A stretch of DNA of 63,145 bases, filler included, from Folioceros fuciformis (taxonomy: Eukaryota): NCBI GenBank assembly GCA_049999805.1. It is 4 parts of 3 records of this genome, joined end to end, with 100 filler letters (N's around TTAATTAATTAA, not from the genome) between each part and the next. Parts side by side here need not be neighbours in the genome. Positions count along the whole stretch, not along the records: positions 28,460 to 54,980 come from JBNGIO010006258.1; 3 more parts are not named here. One strand, 5' to 3'. The notes under the pieces are model-generated. The model made no database searches. It was not told the origin of the DNA and saw only the letters and a program-made list of their open reading frames with translations. Shown here in pieces: positions 37,772-49,683 of the stretch. Numbering within the stretch: the stretch's first letter is position 1; each line of letters begins with the position of its first letter. The position numbers and the translations under genes were made by a program.

Positions 37772-39887
37772 TTGAAGACAGAAAAGAAAACTTCTCTTCT
37801 GCTGCTATGCTTCCAGTGAGGCTCTCTGTGTTAGATGAGCACCTGAGGGGTACATGAAATGAAGCAGGCTTATATCTCCACCCAGCTCTCCAACAGACAA
37901 TTATTGCAACAGCAGCAGAGTGCCAGACACATACGAGGAGCTAGATGCACCGGCTGCATCAATCTTGCCAACCTGAGTGCGTGCTCACATCGTGGCCCGG
38001 AAATATCATATGAAACTCCACCCGCCAGGTGCTATGTAACCGATGTCGCCCGCGCACAGTGCTTCAAATGGAGTTAAAGCCGTACACGCCTCCGCAGATG
38101 CCACCATTGGCGCCAGCCACACCTACCAACCACAAACTACCGAGCATCAGGCAACAAGAAACGAATCGATGCTAAGAACTCAGAACTGCTTCCCCAAAGG
38201 TCAGGCAACACCGCAAAATTCCTGCACTTGAAAGAATTGTGGTAGCAAGCTTAGGAGAGGATTGTCTGAGCGGAACCGTTCGTGATGACGACCCCCGTTT
38301 TGTGCCCGGAAGTCCTTTGGCTAGCGGATTACAGGGCACAAGGGGGATCGTCATCGCGAGCCATTCCGCTTCGCAACTCCACCAGAAAATTGCGCCGGCT
38401 GGCCAAGGCGGGTACTACTTCAACAACAAGACAGAAGATGCTTCGGAGTGGACATTTTCTGGTGAATCCGGAATGAATGCCTGCAAGATTCACGGCCTGG
38501 CGCTATCCTCGTGAATGAGACTGGACACCGGATTCCCGTGGCGATCTGCAAGTGCATATAGGCAGGTCTGTTGCTTGCTGAGTACGTAAACACTCTAATG
38601 CCCATTGTAGGACACAAAAGCCTCCCTTGTCACACGTCGATCACCGGACACCAACAATATATGTGCAAGGGGCGGGCTGCGATTGCTGCCTGTAGAAAAG
38701 TCTACGGGATAGGCCAGAGACACCAGCCAGGTTTGCTCCCGTCTGCTTGCATCAGCTTGGTTTCGGACTCGGCCTTGCAGAAGTCTAGCAAGTCTTGAAT
38801 CCGTCCCCCAGAAACCCGAGAGGAGTTCAAACCCGGAAGCAACATAGCAGCACACTCTGCTTGTCCTGGGCAGGAAGACGTCAGTGCCGCATGCTATGCA
38901 ACGCAATCACTCGTGGCGAGCAAGTAGCTTCCTCATTCTCTTTGGATTTGGGCCCGCCTCTTGTTGCCCAGCCTTGACTCAAGCGGTGGTTTGGGCAACG
39001 AGAAGACTTCCCGTGGCTGTCTTGATGTGGAAACTTGAAAAGTGAGTGGCTGACGCAAGGCATCAGGTCGGTCACCTCTGGGGACTGTCGTACCCTGCCA
39101 TGCACTTGTGAAGGTCCTTTTTGCGTGAGCCCTCCAGCTTGCAGTCAGCCCCTCTTTCGTCGTGGGTGGAAAGAGGTCTCACCCCACCCGGGGGACGATT
39201 GTTAACATTTCAGGCTGATGTCAGTAACCTGTCTTCTTGCCGAGGACTTGGTTTGCACAAACTGTAAAGTGTGGCATGTAGCAAACAAATACATGGATCA
39301 ACTGCAGGTCGCGCTTGCAATATGACTACCTGATACCCTTCCTGTGATCTCGCAATGTCCTACGCCTACGCAGTCCTGTGAAGAATCACGCTACATGAAA
39401 GGGAGATGGAGGGGCCATCACAACGCAGTGTTCCAGGTTGGATATTGTCACGTGCGCCATGACTTCTTGAGGTTGAGCAAGCTCCTAGTGGGTGTCCCTT
39501 AGCGTCTAGAGAGAGAGGGTGGCCAGCGTCATTTTCAGCTCAGACAGACTTGGAGACTTGCCGCTTCATGCACGCCATTTAGGCTTTAGATCTGAGCCCA
39601 TGGCAGCCGCAACTGCCTGCGTGCTTAAGGTGTACGCTCTTAGCTACCTGCCCCCGTTCTCCGAAGCACATCGGATGATAGCCACGATGGCGGAAAACCT
39701 GCCACGACTGGCGTAGTGTCCTGGATCCACCCGGTGATGTAGGATCCTCGCCATCCCTCAGGTGACAACTGTGAAGGTCTCCCCGTTGCATTCTTCTTGT
39801 GTGCCCCTTGCTGATGCCGGACGGGGGTACAAAGCAGGTGGCATTGGCACCCGTCTTCACCGTGCCCTGTTCTGAACCTTTCCATAC

Positions 39888-41754
39888 ATGAAGATGGCAA
39901 CCACGCTCTCACGGAGTGGTGGTTGCAACTTGTGCTGGGACTCGGTGGCGTTGGCTGTGATGCTGCATGGCTGGAAACAGGCAGCAGTATAGGCAGCGCT
40001 GCCTAGTCCTCCAGAGGTGCCAGTGTTCGGCATTCTGCCTTTTGTAGCTTCCAGCCATCCGCACGAGGGGCTACAGCGCCTGGCCCAACAATATGGCCCC
40101 GTCATGTCACTACGGCTGGGGTCGAAGCAGGGAAGTCTCGTGTCCTCTCCGGAGATCGCCGAAGAGGTGCTCAAGACCATGGACTGGGAATTTGCAAACC
40201 GGCACTAAATGACTCGCAAGGACATCATGGCGTGTAGCGAGAACAGCATGGGTTTCGTCCCCTAAAGGGCGCGCTGGAGGTTTCTTAGGCCAGTCGTGAT
40301 CGCACATCGACAAAATTCCGATCCTCATCTTAGTTCAACGGGAGCTGTCAACCAGTAGCCAGGTCGAAGCACCTGTAGAAGTCTATGCAGTAGGATCGAG
40401 TGCTCAATTGCTTTCTTCCTTGCATAACTTGGTGGCATGATTGGAATGCAAGAAGATTACAAAGTGGGAGCTGAGCAGTCCAGCAGTTCCAGAATGTGAG
40501 GGCGGAGGAGCCCTCCATGATGGAGACGTCCATCCTGGAGGACAGGAGCGTGTTACCAATGGTGGACGTTCAGGAGAGAGTGCCGTTCCTTACTATGAAA
40601 ACAATCACGCGTATGTCGATAAGCAAGGGTTCTTCTCTTACACCAACTCCTCTCCATCCAACAAAGCCGAGGAAGAAGGTAGGTGCTTCATCCCAATCAC
40701 TCTCGAGTTTCACTCACCGTCGTCGCTACCAGGAATGGTACTTTGATTGTTGCCAACTCTTGGGCAGCAGGTTCTGGCCGCAGAACTTCAAAGAGACATC
40801 AGGGAATTGTTCTCCCTCGCTGGAGTGCGCATGACAGGAGGCGTCATCCCACACTTGAGCTTCCTGGACAGATCACCAGAGTGGATTTGAGTCCTTTCTG
40901 TCAGGTGCGGTGGCGGAAAACAGGAGCACTAGAAACGAGAAGGAAGCTAGGAACTACTTGGACATCTTGCTTTTCGTTCCGGGAGAAGATGGTGGTCCAC
41001 ATTTGTAGGAGGATATCATGAAGGCACTGATCTTGTTACGCCTCCTCGTACTGACCGTACCTCCAGGCTTTGTCTTTACAAGTAGTGTAACAGATTGCGT
41101 TTGTGCAGAGTTCCCCGCCCTCGACACCGTTGAGCACGGTGTGCAGGAAATGATCGCTGCCGGCACGGACACATCTAGCATCACAGTGGAGTGCGGCTTG
41201 TCAGAGCTATTGCGAAAACCCCAAGTTCTGTAAAGGGAGCACCAAGAGCTGGACGTGGTGGTAGGGAAAGAGAGGGTCACCACGGAACCTGGTGTCCCAA
41301 ACCTTCCCCACTAGGCTGTGGCAAAGAAAACCTTTCGCCTTCGTCCCGCCGGGCCACGCAACCTTGCGGGGTTTCAGGCTTCCTCATCCCTGCCGAGAGC
41401 GCCACTTTCGTGAATGCGCGGAGCACCGTCCGCCACCCGGCTTGTGGTAGGATCCGCTAGAGCTTCAGCCTGCCAGGTTCCTCAACTCCAACATAGACGT
41501 GCGAGACCAGCACTTCCAGCTGCTCCCTTTCGGCTCCGGCAGACGAGCGTGCCGTGGTATCCACCTAGGGATTGCCATCATGATGGTGCAGTACTCGTTG
41601 GCGAGGCTGCTTCATAGCTTCAATTGGACCTTGCCACAGGGTCAGGCACCCGATGACTTGATATGGGGGAGAGAAGTACGGCCTAACCTTTCCTCGTGCC
41701 AAACCGCTCGACACGGTTCCTCGGCCATATCTTTCTTCTCACCTGCACAAGTAA
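39888..41754 (+). pseudogene. Cytochrome P450 (CYP71 clan) pseudogene
   Basis: LAQQYGPVMSLRLGS, VSSPEIAEEVLK, I-helix AAGTDTSS and haem motif PFGSGRRACRG are split by multiple stops and frameshifts. Confidence 0.88.
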
Positions 41755-42535
41755 GGATTACGAGAGGCAGAAGACGGTGCTGCGTGTGAAGCAGATTAAG
41801 AATGGATAAAGATTGAGCAGCTCGCGAGATGCCAGTTCACGCTCCTGAGCCTGTTTTGGCTGGCGAAGGTGACCGTACCACCTTTGGTTTGTCGGAGCGA
41901 TGCAGTTCACTGTCCTTCACCGACGACTCATGTGGCCCGCCCCGACATGTCTTTGCAGAGAACAAACATTCTGAAATCTTGAACCTAACTCCTGCAATCT
42001 GAAAGCCATGGATCACAGAAGCCGCGTAGAACACACCCCATCCTATCGGTGTCACGCTCTTTCTCATGTCTCATACTTCTATTGCCCCACTACATGACAA
42101 TGTCCTAACTCGAGCTCGGCTGGCGCGCAAACCATGCATTCCTTCTAAGATTTCCCCCGCCTTTGCTGCCCGTCCTCGCTCGACGACAACGCCAGGCACA
42201 TCATACAATCATTCCAATGGATCGACAAACGATGGAGACTTCAGTCAAGCAAAACCACACCGTTTCACAGCTGTCTGTTCTTTGCGGCGAGAGTGAGCTT
42301 GAGCAGCAGGCTGCCTGACATTTCTTATGTCGTTCCCACAACAACAAACAGATACCCCCCCTACAAATCGTACCAATTTTGTCTTCACGTTCCTCCCACA
42401 CAAAAGACGGGAGAGATAGGACATAGGAGACCAAGTGCATTCCTGGACTAGCCCATGCATTCTAGAAGACAATGGTTCCATGCAATACTTTTAGTCTCCA
42501 AAAATATCTTAACGCGTACTATAGTACCTACACAA

Positions 42536-42684
42536 AGCAGTCGGTGCACTATAGCATCTACTTGTCCAAAGCTGTTCTTCAATAAGGAACGCAGTCTGTG
42601 CAACTGAAAGCTGTCCTTTAAGGAATGTAGTCGGTGCAACTGAAAGCTGTCCTTTAATGAGGAATGTAGTCGGTGCAACTGAAA
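42536..42684. repeat. Degenerate ~36-39-bp tandem repeat
   Basis: GTAGTCGGTGCAACTGAAAGCTGTCCTTTAA..GGAAT recurs 3-4 times. Confidence 0.75.
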
Positions 42685-44569
42685 TTTTTAGTTGTTTGAA
42701 AGTTATTCCTCAATGCAGAAAGCAGTTGGTTCACTATAAGTTTATAGTTTTTCAAAAACTGTTCTTTAATGGGGAAAGCAGATAGTGCTTCTCTTTTTGT
42801 GCTTAGCAATGCATTCACCTAGTGTTTAGAAGGGTCAAGTATACATCTTATTTTCTTACTACATAGACCCTATTCTTATACAAATTCTAACACTTGGACT
42901 ACTACAAGACTTCCGCACTTGTTATCCAAGAACTCCACACTTATTGTCCAAGTGCACTTGATTCCATTACTCCAATGAGACCATGTATGCTTGGCAAGGG
43001 AAGCAAACAAGTTTGGTTTTACTTACCTAGTATCATCAACTTTGTCTATAGCTTTGCTAACACCAAAGTTGTTAGTAGATGTCAAGTAAATGCTTATGAG
43101 TACTAAGTTCGAGTTCAAGATGACGTACATGAAACAACTTAGATTTTTCTTTAGAATGCAACTAATTTGCTCTTAGTATGAGACGTTTTTAATGACATAG
43201 CAACATAAACAAACATGTGAAAGTTCAAGCTTTATGAAGCTAGGATAGCAATGCCACATGTAACACTCAATGGCAAGCTAAAACTAATCTCTTGTGCTCA
43301 CTATCAACGTAAATTGTAGGAGACAAGCTTCATATTTGGATCTCCAATGTAGGTACGTCATTACAACCATCATCTTCCCAGAGTTGCACTAGGCTAGACA
43401 AACAAGACTATGTTATTACTCTTTCATGGTGCTTAGAAAAACTTAGTTGGACTTATTACGCTATAGTTAAAGAATCTTCAAATATCTAAGAAGAACAATG
43501 CATTAATCATGAACTTATATACAAGGGCATTGGAAGTGAACACTTATCTTTCATGCTGATTGGTCCTTAGATTTAGGCTCTTCTAAAACCTCCCAGCTTA
43601 TGGCTTCTAACTGTTTTCTAGTGCAACTACCCATTGGAGCTACTAAAAGTAATGACCCAAAGTAGTTTATCAAACACAAGTCACTTGTAGATGTAGCTAA
43701 AGGGGCCAAGTGAAAATCTAGTTCTTTGAAGGATTTGAGCCATGATCCAAAACAACCATACTTATACTATAAAAATCTATATCTATTAAATCTTACTCTT
43801 AAAAAAAGTTGCTAACACCTAGTTTCATGCCTACATGAAATAAAGGGAAATCCAACATGATTCACCACTTGAGTTATATATCAAAGTTAGGTTGATGATA
43901 CAAACAAGGTCATATTTGGAGGGTGTGGAAATAAGTAGTCATAAGGTTGGAAATGGATAAGTATTGTCAAGACCTTTGGATTATAGTTGTCTAATATTTT
44001 ATGTTGATTTTCTATCATAGAAATAACTTACTATTCTATTACAAGTTAGGATGCTCATTACAACTAAGATCAATAATGGGATGTAAAACATGTATATTTC
44101 CTTTGTAATGGCTTGTTTTATGAAGCCAATGCATAACCATGGCTCTACAAAGAGTGTTGCCCAATGATAGGACGGCCATTATGAGCCAAGGATTTTGGGG
44201 CTTCTTTAACAATAATCGCCAGTAGCCCTTTATAATCTCTAGTCACAATATTGTTTTTGGTAAAAAAAAAAAAATTTAAATTAAGTCAATAACAGTTGAG
44301 TAAGAAAACAAGGACCTAAGCATGTAGGCTACCACCTACATGTGCAGCTCAGTCCCTAAGCTAACTTTGACTTGGGAAAAAATAGTCAGTTTGACTTTCT
44401 CTAAGGTGACTTTGACTTGGGTGAAAAAATGTCAATTTGACTTTCTCTAAGGGGACTTTGACTTGGGTGAGAGAAGTCAATCTTACTTTCCGTATGGACA
44501 TCGATGGTTACATTTTCCTTTGCTCTCGAGAGAAAACCAACATGCCTCCACTTAGTCCTCTTAAGTTAT

Positions 44570-44850
44570 GCAGGGAGGTTGTTTTCAAGCTTTTAAGTGT
44601 AGTCAACAGCTGCTCACCTACTCCCACACCACAATGTGGTCATGGTTGTCATCATCGGCTCTCTCACACCATAAACAACTACAGCCCAAGGGAGGTTGTT
44701 TTCAAGCTTTTAAGTGCAATCAACACCTACTCCCACACCACAACATGGTCATGGTTGTCATCATCGTACTCCCATACCACAACACGGTCATGGTTGTCAT
44801 CATCGTACTCCCACACCATAACATGGTCATGGTTGTCATCATCGGCTCTC
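44570..44850. repeat. Nested repeats: ~119-bp duplication plus 39-bp units
   Basis: AGGGAGGTTGTTTTCAAGCTTTTAAGTG x2 and TACTCCCACACCACAACATGGTCATGGTTGTCATCATCG x4. Confidence 0.8.
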
Positions 44851-44854
44851 TCAC

Positions 44855-45560
44855 AACGTAAACAACTACAGTCCAACTGAGCCAGAGATAAACTACTGCA
44901 GTCAAATTGAGCCAAAGACAAACTACTGCAATCCAATCGAACCAAAGGCATACTACTATAGTCCAATTGAGCCAAAGATAGACTACTATGATCTAATTTA
45001 GCCAAAGGCAGGCTACTACAATCTAATTGAGCGAAAGGTAGACTACAACAATCCAATTGGCTCAAAGACAAACTATTGCAACCTAATCGAGCGAAAGATA
45101 AACCACTCCAGTCCAATTGAGCCAAAGACAAACTACTGCACTCCAATTGAGCCAAAGGCAGACTACTTAGTCCAATTGAGTCAAAGGCAAACTACTATAG
45201 TCCAATTGAGCCAAAGGTAGGCTACTACAGTCCAAATGAGCCAAAGGTAGACTTCTGCACTCCAATTGAGCCAAAGATAGACTACTGCAATCTAGTTGAA
45301 CCAAAGATGTCTAGACTAGTGCACTCTAATTGAGCCAAAGACATACTACAACAATTCAATCGAGCCAAAGGAAGACTACTACAATCGAATTGAGCCAAAG
45401 GTAGACTACTACAATCCATTTGAGCCAAAGGCAGACTACTACAATCCATTTGAGCCAAAGACACACTATTATAGTCCATTTGAGCCAAAGACATATACTA
45501 TAGTCCAATTGAACCAATTGAGCCAAAACACACTATTGCAGTTCAATTGAGCCAAAGACA
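44855..45560. repeat. 30-bp minisatellite, about 23 copies
   Basis: Consensus TGAGCCAAAG(A/G)CA(A/G)ACTACT(G/A)CA(G/A)TCCAAT, head to tail, no spacers. Confidence 0.92.
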
Positions 45561-46219
45561 AAAGAGCCAAGAACTCCACAATCACAACACATTGGTGCAA
45601 AAGGTAGCTAGGGGTAATGTGGCTAGTCCTGTATTACATGTCGGATCCTTTTGGGTTATTATTTACAGGGTGAGTGACTGCTAACGATTTTCCATCCCTT
45701 CTTTCAATAGATTTTATTATTAATTTATTGACTATGATTTTGATAACTAACCTTAATAATTATAGGTTTAGTAAATCATGGTTCTTAAATGAAATGAAAA
45801 TTGATAAAACATTCTAAACCCCTTATTTAACCTGGGCCTTTGCAACTGTGCCTTCTTACATTGTAATTGTTGATGTGATGACATGCTTCCTTGGATCAAT
45901 AACTATTTGTGTTATAGTCTTGCAAATGTAAAGACTACTCATCAGAGGTATAAATGATAGTCAATCCATTGATAACATTTCTCTCATTGCTAAAATTAAG
46001 GAGGTACTAGAACATAAGGTATGATAGTTCTTCACCCAATAGTTGTGGATGCTTCTCCATCGATCGATCGATCGATCCTGTTGTACAAGGCACTATCCAT
46101 TTGAAAGTATGGGTCAAGAGTGGAATGAGAAATATTTTATTTGAAAATCTAGTGGCGTTGAGCAATCTACTACAAAGTTCTAGGGACTTGGGCAGCTACC
46201 CAAAATAGTGGGTAAGCCC

Positions 46220-46500
46220 TTGAATTAGAAGAGTAGACTTTGGCTTAGAACAGAGCTTGAAGTTCAAAATCCTCAAAGTTCTTGAATTAGAAGAATAGAC
46301 TTTGGCTTAGAATGCAGCTTGAAGTTCCTTGAAGTCCTACAATTAGAAGAGTAGATTTTGGCTCAAAACTTAGCTTGAAGTTCCTAGAAGTTCTTAAATC
46401 TGAAGAGTAGACTTTGGCTCAAAACTTAACTTGAAGCTCCTCGAAGTCCTTGAATTAGAAGAGCATACTTTTGCTTGGAAAGAGTTTGAAGTTCCTTAAT
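46220..46500. repeat. ~58-60-bp tandem repeat, about 5 copies
   Basis: TTGAATTAGAAGAGTAGACTTTGGCT.AGAA....GCTTGAAGTTC recurs. Confidence 0.8.
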
Positions 46501-47693
46501 CTCAGTGCAAATAGTGGGTGAGGGACTTTGTGCAGTGCCTTCTCTATTGCCTTAGCACAGAGCAATTGAATGAGTGAGTGAAAGGGAAGAAAGCCAGAGT
46601 TCGAGAGGTGAACTTTGCTAACATATTGTTTGATGTGAAGGTGAGTACCAATAGACATGGGAATCGCGCTGGAGGATGCGAGAGCATCGGGCAGAGACCA
46701 GAAACCAGTTGGGTACGTAGTACGCCCACCGCGCAGGAGCTGGGAATCGTCCAAATAGTTCCGAGTCAAATGATGTTGTCCAGTATATACGTGGGGTTGG
46801 TACGACGGCTGTCAGCAGATCCGTGGCATACCAAGGTCAATGCTCACAAATGTATGATGTGGTCAACACATTAACATGGACGGATTACATGTATGCTTGT
46901 GCGACATTTGGATGTGTCAATCTCCACAAGAACATTCCAATCTCAGGCCTCCTTGACGACGCTCGCTGCTAGCAATTACGGTGGGAGCGTCGGACCTGAT
47001 TCAACGCGAGCGCAGTAAACATCCATCCTCACGGGCACCCTGACTTGTGCGCTGACCAGTCCATACCGTTCGCGCCAAGGAAAGTGTTGTAGCCCAGCAT
47101 ACATCCATGGCGCTTGGGAGTTCCCCCAAGTTAGCCCCGTGGCTAGTGCCTGGCACCATAGGTTAGCGGCGGGAGGCCTGCCGCGTTCGATGGATGAGTT
47201 GTATAGTGAGTGGTGGTGGCGGCTCTCCCACTCCGCGGAGCGGGGCTTTGGTTTGTTACGCGCTTAGTTTGTCCTTCCGTTCGTAAGCCGCCCTGTCATC
47301 GCCTGGCGAGCTCGATCGGTGCCGTTTCAGAGCGCACCACGCCATGGCCAGCCGGTGAACGCGCCTCCCCCTCCCCCTCCTCATATTGCAGTCCCAGCGC
47401 ACAGCTGCTTGGGACGCAGGAAGAGCAAGCAACTCCTGCTTTGCCATCGTCTCAGCTCGTCTTCCCAAGGCGTTGTTTCTCATCAATTCATAGCGCACCA
47501 ACCGTCTCCGACGACTTAGCCAACGGGAGCGGGGAGTGGTACATTAAGAGGAGGAATTGGACGAAGCATGTGTCACATTGCAGGACGCAAAGACAGTCTG
47601 TTACAATACGATTGCACTGCTTCAAAATTGCACGCTTGCGAGACATACAGCAAGTTGTGGAACAACCTGAATTCTGCTAGTCCAACCCCAGAC

Positions 47694-48599
47694 ATGGCTA
47701 GCCAGGAGGTGACGCACCGTATGGTGAGAACCAACGGGATCGACATGCACATCGCGGAGCAAGGCAGCGGGCCGACAGTGCTGCTGTTGCACGGCTTTCC
47801 GGAGATTTGGTATTCCTGGAGGCACCAGCTTCCCGCGCTGGCGGCGGCTGGATTTCACGCTGTGGCTCCCGACATTCGGGGTTACGGGCTCACCAAGGGC
47901 CCGGACGATCCCAGACAATACGACGCGCTCAACATGGTGGCGGATCTGGCGGGCCTCATCGAGGCTTTGGGAGAGAAGCAAGTGTTTGTGGTAGGGCACG
48001 ACTGGGGCGCGCACCACGCGTGGGATCTGTGCCTGCTGCGGCCGCATCTTGTGAGGGCCGTCATCTGTCTCAGCGTCCCGTTCCAGCCGAGGTTGGCGTC
48101 CGGCAGCTGGCTCTCCCATTACCGCAGGGAGCTTGGGGACAATTTTTACATGGTGAGGTTCCAGAAGCCCGGGCTGGCGGAGCAGGACTACGAACGCTGC
48201 GGAACGGCAAATGCGCTGCGGAGAATATTTGCGTACGGGCAAGAGACTCCCGCCAATCTTATCAGCGAGAAGGAGCTGGCTGTCTACACCAAGAGCTTCG
48301 CAAGCACCGGATGGACTGGCGCTCTGAACGCGTACAGGAACATGGAGAGGTCGTGGGAGCTCAAGGCTCCGTGGACGGATCGCGGCGTTGACGTGCCTGC
48401 GCTCTTCATGGTGGGGGAACACGATGCTGTGTATGCGTTCCCCGGGATGCGGGAGTATGTGCATGGAGAAGGATTTCGGAAGTATGTTCCCAATTTGGAA
48501 CAGATCGTGGTGCTCGAGGGGAGCCACCATTTCATTCAGCAGGAGAGACATGAGACAGTCTCGGCTCACATTATCGAGTTCTTCCGAAAGCACTTGTGA
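47694..48599 (+). CDS. Soluble epoxide hydrolase (alpha/beta hydrolase), intronless, 301 aa
   Basis: HGFPEIWYSWRHQ, APDIRGYG, nucleophile GHDWG, ring-opening Tyr in FYMVRFQ and LNAYRN, GEHD, and HFIQQE. Confidence 0.95.
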   Translation: MASQEVTHRMVRTNGIDMHIAEQGSGPTVLLLHGFPEIWYSWRHQLPALAAAGFHAVAPDIRGYGLTKGPDDPRQYDALNMVADLAGLIEALGEKQVFVVGHDWGAHHAWDLCLLRPHLVRAVICLSVPFQPRLASGSWLSHYRRELGDNFYMVRFQKPGLAEQDYERCGTANALRRIFAYGQETPANLISEKELAVYTKSFASTGWTGALNAYRNMERSWELKAPWTDRGVDVPALFMVGEHDAVYAFPGMREYVHGEGFRKYVPNLEQIVVLEGSHHFIQQERHETVSAHIIEFFRKHL

Positions 48600-49583
48600 T
48601 AGCAATTTTGTGAATACCGTTAGTCATTATGTAGTCACAATCGGAGAGACTAGAGTAGCGTGCTCCCACACAGCAGTTGGCTGATTCTTTCCTCCTTGCA
48701 TCGTGCGCAAGCCAATTGCAAGTAGAGCTGAGGCAAATTTGTGCAATAAAACAACCAGGGACGATCGGATCGTCCAATTTTTGCTCAACTTCGCTCCCAG
48801 ACGTGCATTACTCCTGTTAGTGCTTGCTTCCTGCAGCTGAGCGGTTTTGCTTGTCATGTCATGAGTACTGTATCTATCTTCCGGGGCACGACATAGGCAA
48901 GGTCGGTGTTGCAGATCCCTGGCCTGAGAGTTCTGTATCTTCCATCTTGTCCGTATCCAGTACGAGTCAGATTTGTCCCCTTTCTGCCGGGTCTCTTATG
49001 GGGGAGGAAAGATCTGCAATGTCAAACGACTCTAGATTACGAAACTAGTCATAATGCAACAAAGTTTGACGTACACAAGACAAGACGGCAGTTTATTCCA
49101 ACCTCAACCAGGTGGTCATGGCTGATCAAGAAACTGAAAGAAAATGGAATCCACTTCAGGACCGAGATGAGGAACATGTCGTGGAGGCTGAAGCACCTCC
49201 CACTACAAACAGGCACGGACTGGCCGTTGAGTGATCTCCTCTACACCCTCAGTGGCGGAATGACAGATGCCTGCACTCAAGGCCCCATGGAAAGAGGACG
49301 CGGCAAATTCTGTCAAGAATCACAAGATGCCGCAAGAATGTAGTCCCCTGGGGATAAGATCGTCAAAATTGCTCCCGGACCAACAAGCGGCAGGGTGGAG
49401 TGATGAGGAATCACGAGAGGTTCACAGACCTCCATTATTCCCCGGAAGCTTCAACAGATGGTGCCTACAAAGCATCTACAAGCGTCCGAATGCACGCCAT
49501 GTTGAGCAGGCGGATGCGGGAGCGCACAGAAATGTCGAACCTCAGCCCGAGGCACGGCCAATTGAAGCGGATGTCCAGTGAAG

Positions 49584-49683
49584 NNNNNNNNNNNNNNNNN
49601 NNNNNNNNNNNNNNNNNNNNNNNNNNNNNNNNNNNNNNNNNNNNNNNNNNNNNNNNNNNNNNNNNNNNNNNNNNNNNNNNNNN
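49584..49683. other. Assembly gap (100 N)
   Basis: Run of N. Confidence 0.99.

Noticed and set aside
42700-44300. AT-rich block as a recognisable transposase
   Set aside because: No motif was identified in the frames I inspected; probably old repeat DNA, but unsupported.
44855-45560. 30-bp array as a CRISPR
   Set aside because: No unique spacers, no cas genes, and a eukaryotic context.
47622-48605. 327-aa antisense ORF over the epoxide hydrolase
   Set aside because: Shadow ORF expected from GC-rich codon usage; no recognisable motifs.
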